Position numbers and translations under genes: made by a program. A model generated the notes under the pieces. It saw only the letters and a list, made by a program, of their open reading frames with translations. It ran no database searches and had not been told where the DNA came from. A DNA stretch of 63,524 nucleotides, counting the filler, from Octopus bimaculoides (lineage: Eukaryota), in NCBI RefSeq assembly GCF_001194135.2. It is 8 parts of 8 records of this genome, joined end to end, with 100 filler letters (N's around TTAATTAATTAA, not from the genome) between each part and the next. Parts side by side here need not be neighbours in the genome. Positions count along the whole stretch, not along the records: positions 52,271 to 63,524 come from NC_069008.1; 7 more parts are not named here. One strand, written 5' to 3'. Of the stretch, positions 62,965 to 63,524 are shown piece by piece; the stretch's first letter is position 1; every line of letters begins with the position of its first letter.

Positions 62965-63248
62965 CATGCGTGTGTGTGTGCGTGCGTGTGTGGTCATTGT
63001 TTAGCCTCAGGACAGCTCTGAGTTGGACAGTGGTCAAGTCATGCCAGCCTTAATTATCCTTTTTTTTTTGTTGTTTTTCATTTTTCTTTTTTTAGCTTTT
63101 TCTGTTGTTTTTGCAAGAATAGTATTTCTTAGACAACATAAATCATATCCTTATCTTCTTTTTTTAAAATTCTGCTGCTCTTTCTAACAGAGCAGTTTCA
63201 GTGTGGGCCATATTTTGGATTGCACATTTTGTCTTATTATCATTATTA

Positions 63249-63283
<35 letters not shown>

Positions 63284-63285
63284 TT

Positions 63286-63322
<37 letters not shown>

Positions 63323-63524
63323 TGATGTTTTTTAGCAGCCATGTTCTAAGAATAGATACAAAGAATGGAACGCCTTGTTTGCAGACAGCAAATTTAAAAT
63401 AGAAAAAAAAAAACAACTGCAAAAAATTGAGTCAGTCACCAGCAAAAACAAAAAATTAATTAGTTAATTAATTAGGTTACAATTTCTCCATCAGTCATCA
63501 TGTGACGTTACAGGACGACAGGAC

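Noticed and set aside
2058-63021. Most long ORFs in the supplied track (poly-X, poly-IY, CV, HT, L, N, V)
   Set aside because: They are translations of N gaps and microsatellites.

Overview
Eukaryotic, AT-rich, gap-ridden genomic DNA. The SINE families and microsatellite load suggest an Octopus genome (inference). The only recognisable host gene is an RBR E3 ubiquitin ligase of the RNF19A/B (Dorfin) family on the + strand. Five phase-compatible GT-AG coding exons lie at 43910-48609; the RING1-IBR-RING2 exons and the terminal exon are not identifiable here. Nearly everything else is transposon-derived: two tandem R4/Dong-like RLE retrotransposons ending in trinucleotide microsatellites, at least five Penelope-like element (PLE) relics, a near full-length decayed Tx1/L1 LINE plus a second fragment, RTE 3' fragments, a Gypsy-type pol with its LTR and a second LTR copy, three Tc1/mariner relics, a Tigger/JRK-type transposase split by a SINE, many tRNA-derived SINEs and several foldback palindromes. 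The most interesting signal is a set of minimal type I hammerhead ribozyme motifs read by eye from three unrelated sequence families: 5019-5066 (-), a mirror-image pair inside a 384-bp palindrome at 19300-19683, and 39377-39422 (-). Two carry a CCGAUGA core instead of CUGAUGA, and two relic copies have lost the core/stem II. There are no prokaryote-type systems (CRISPR, operons). Exon, TSD, palindrome and ribozyme coordinates were counted by hand; transposon boundaries are approximate.
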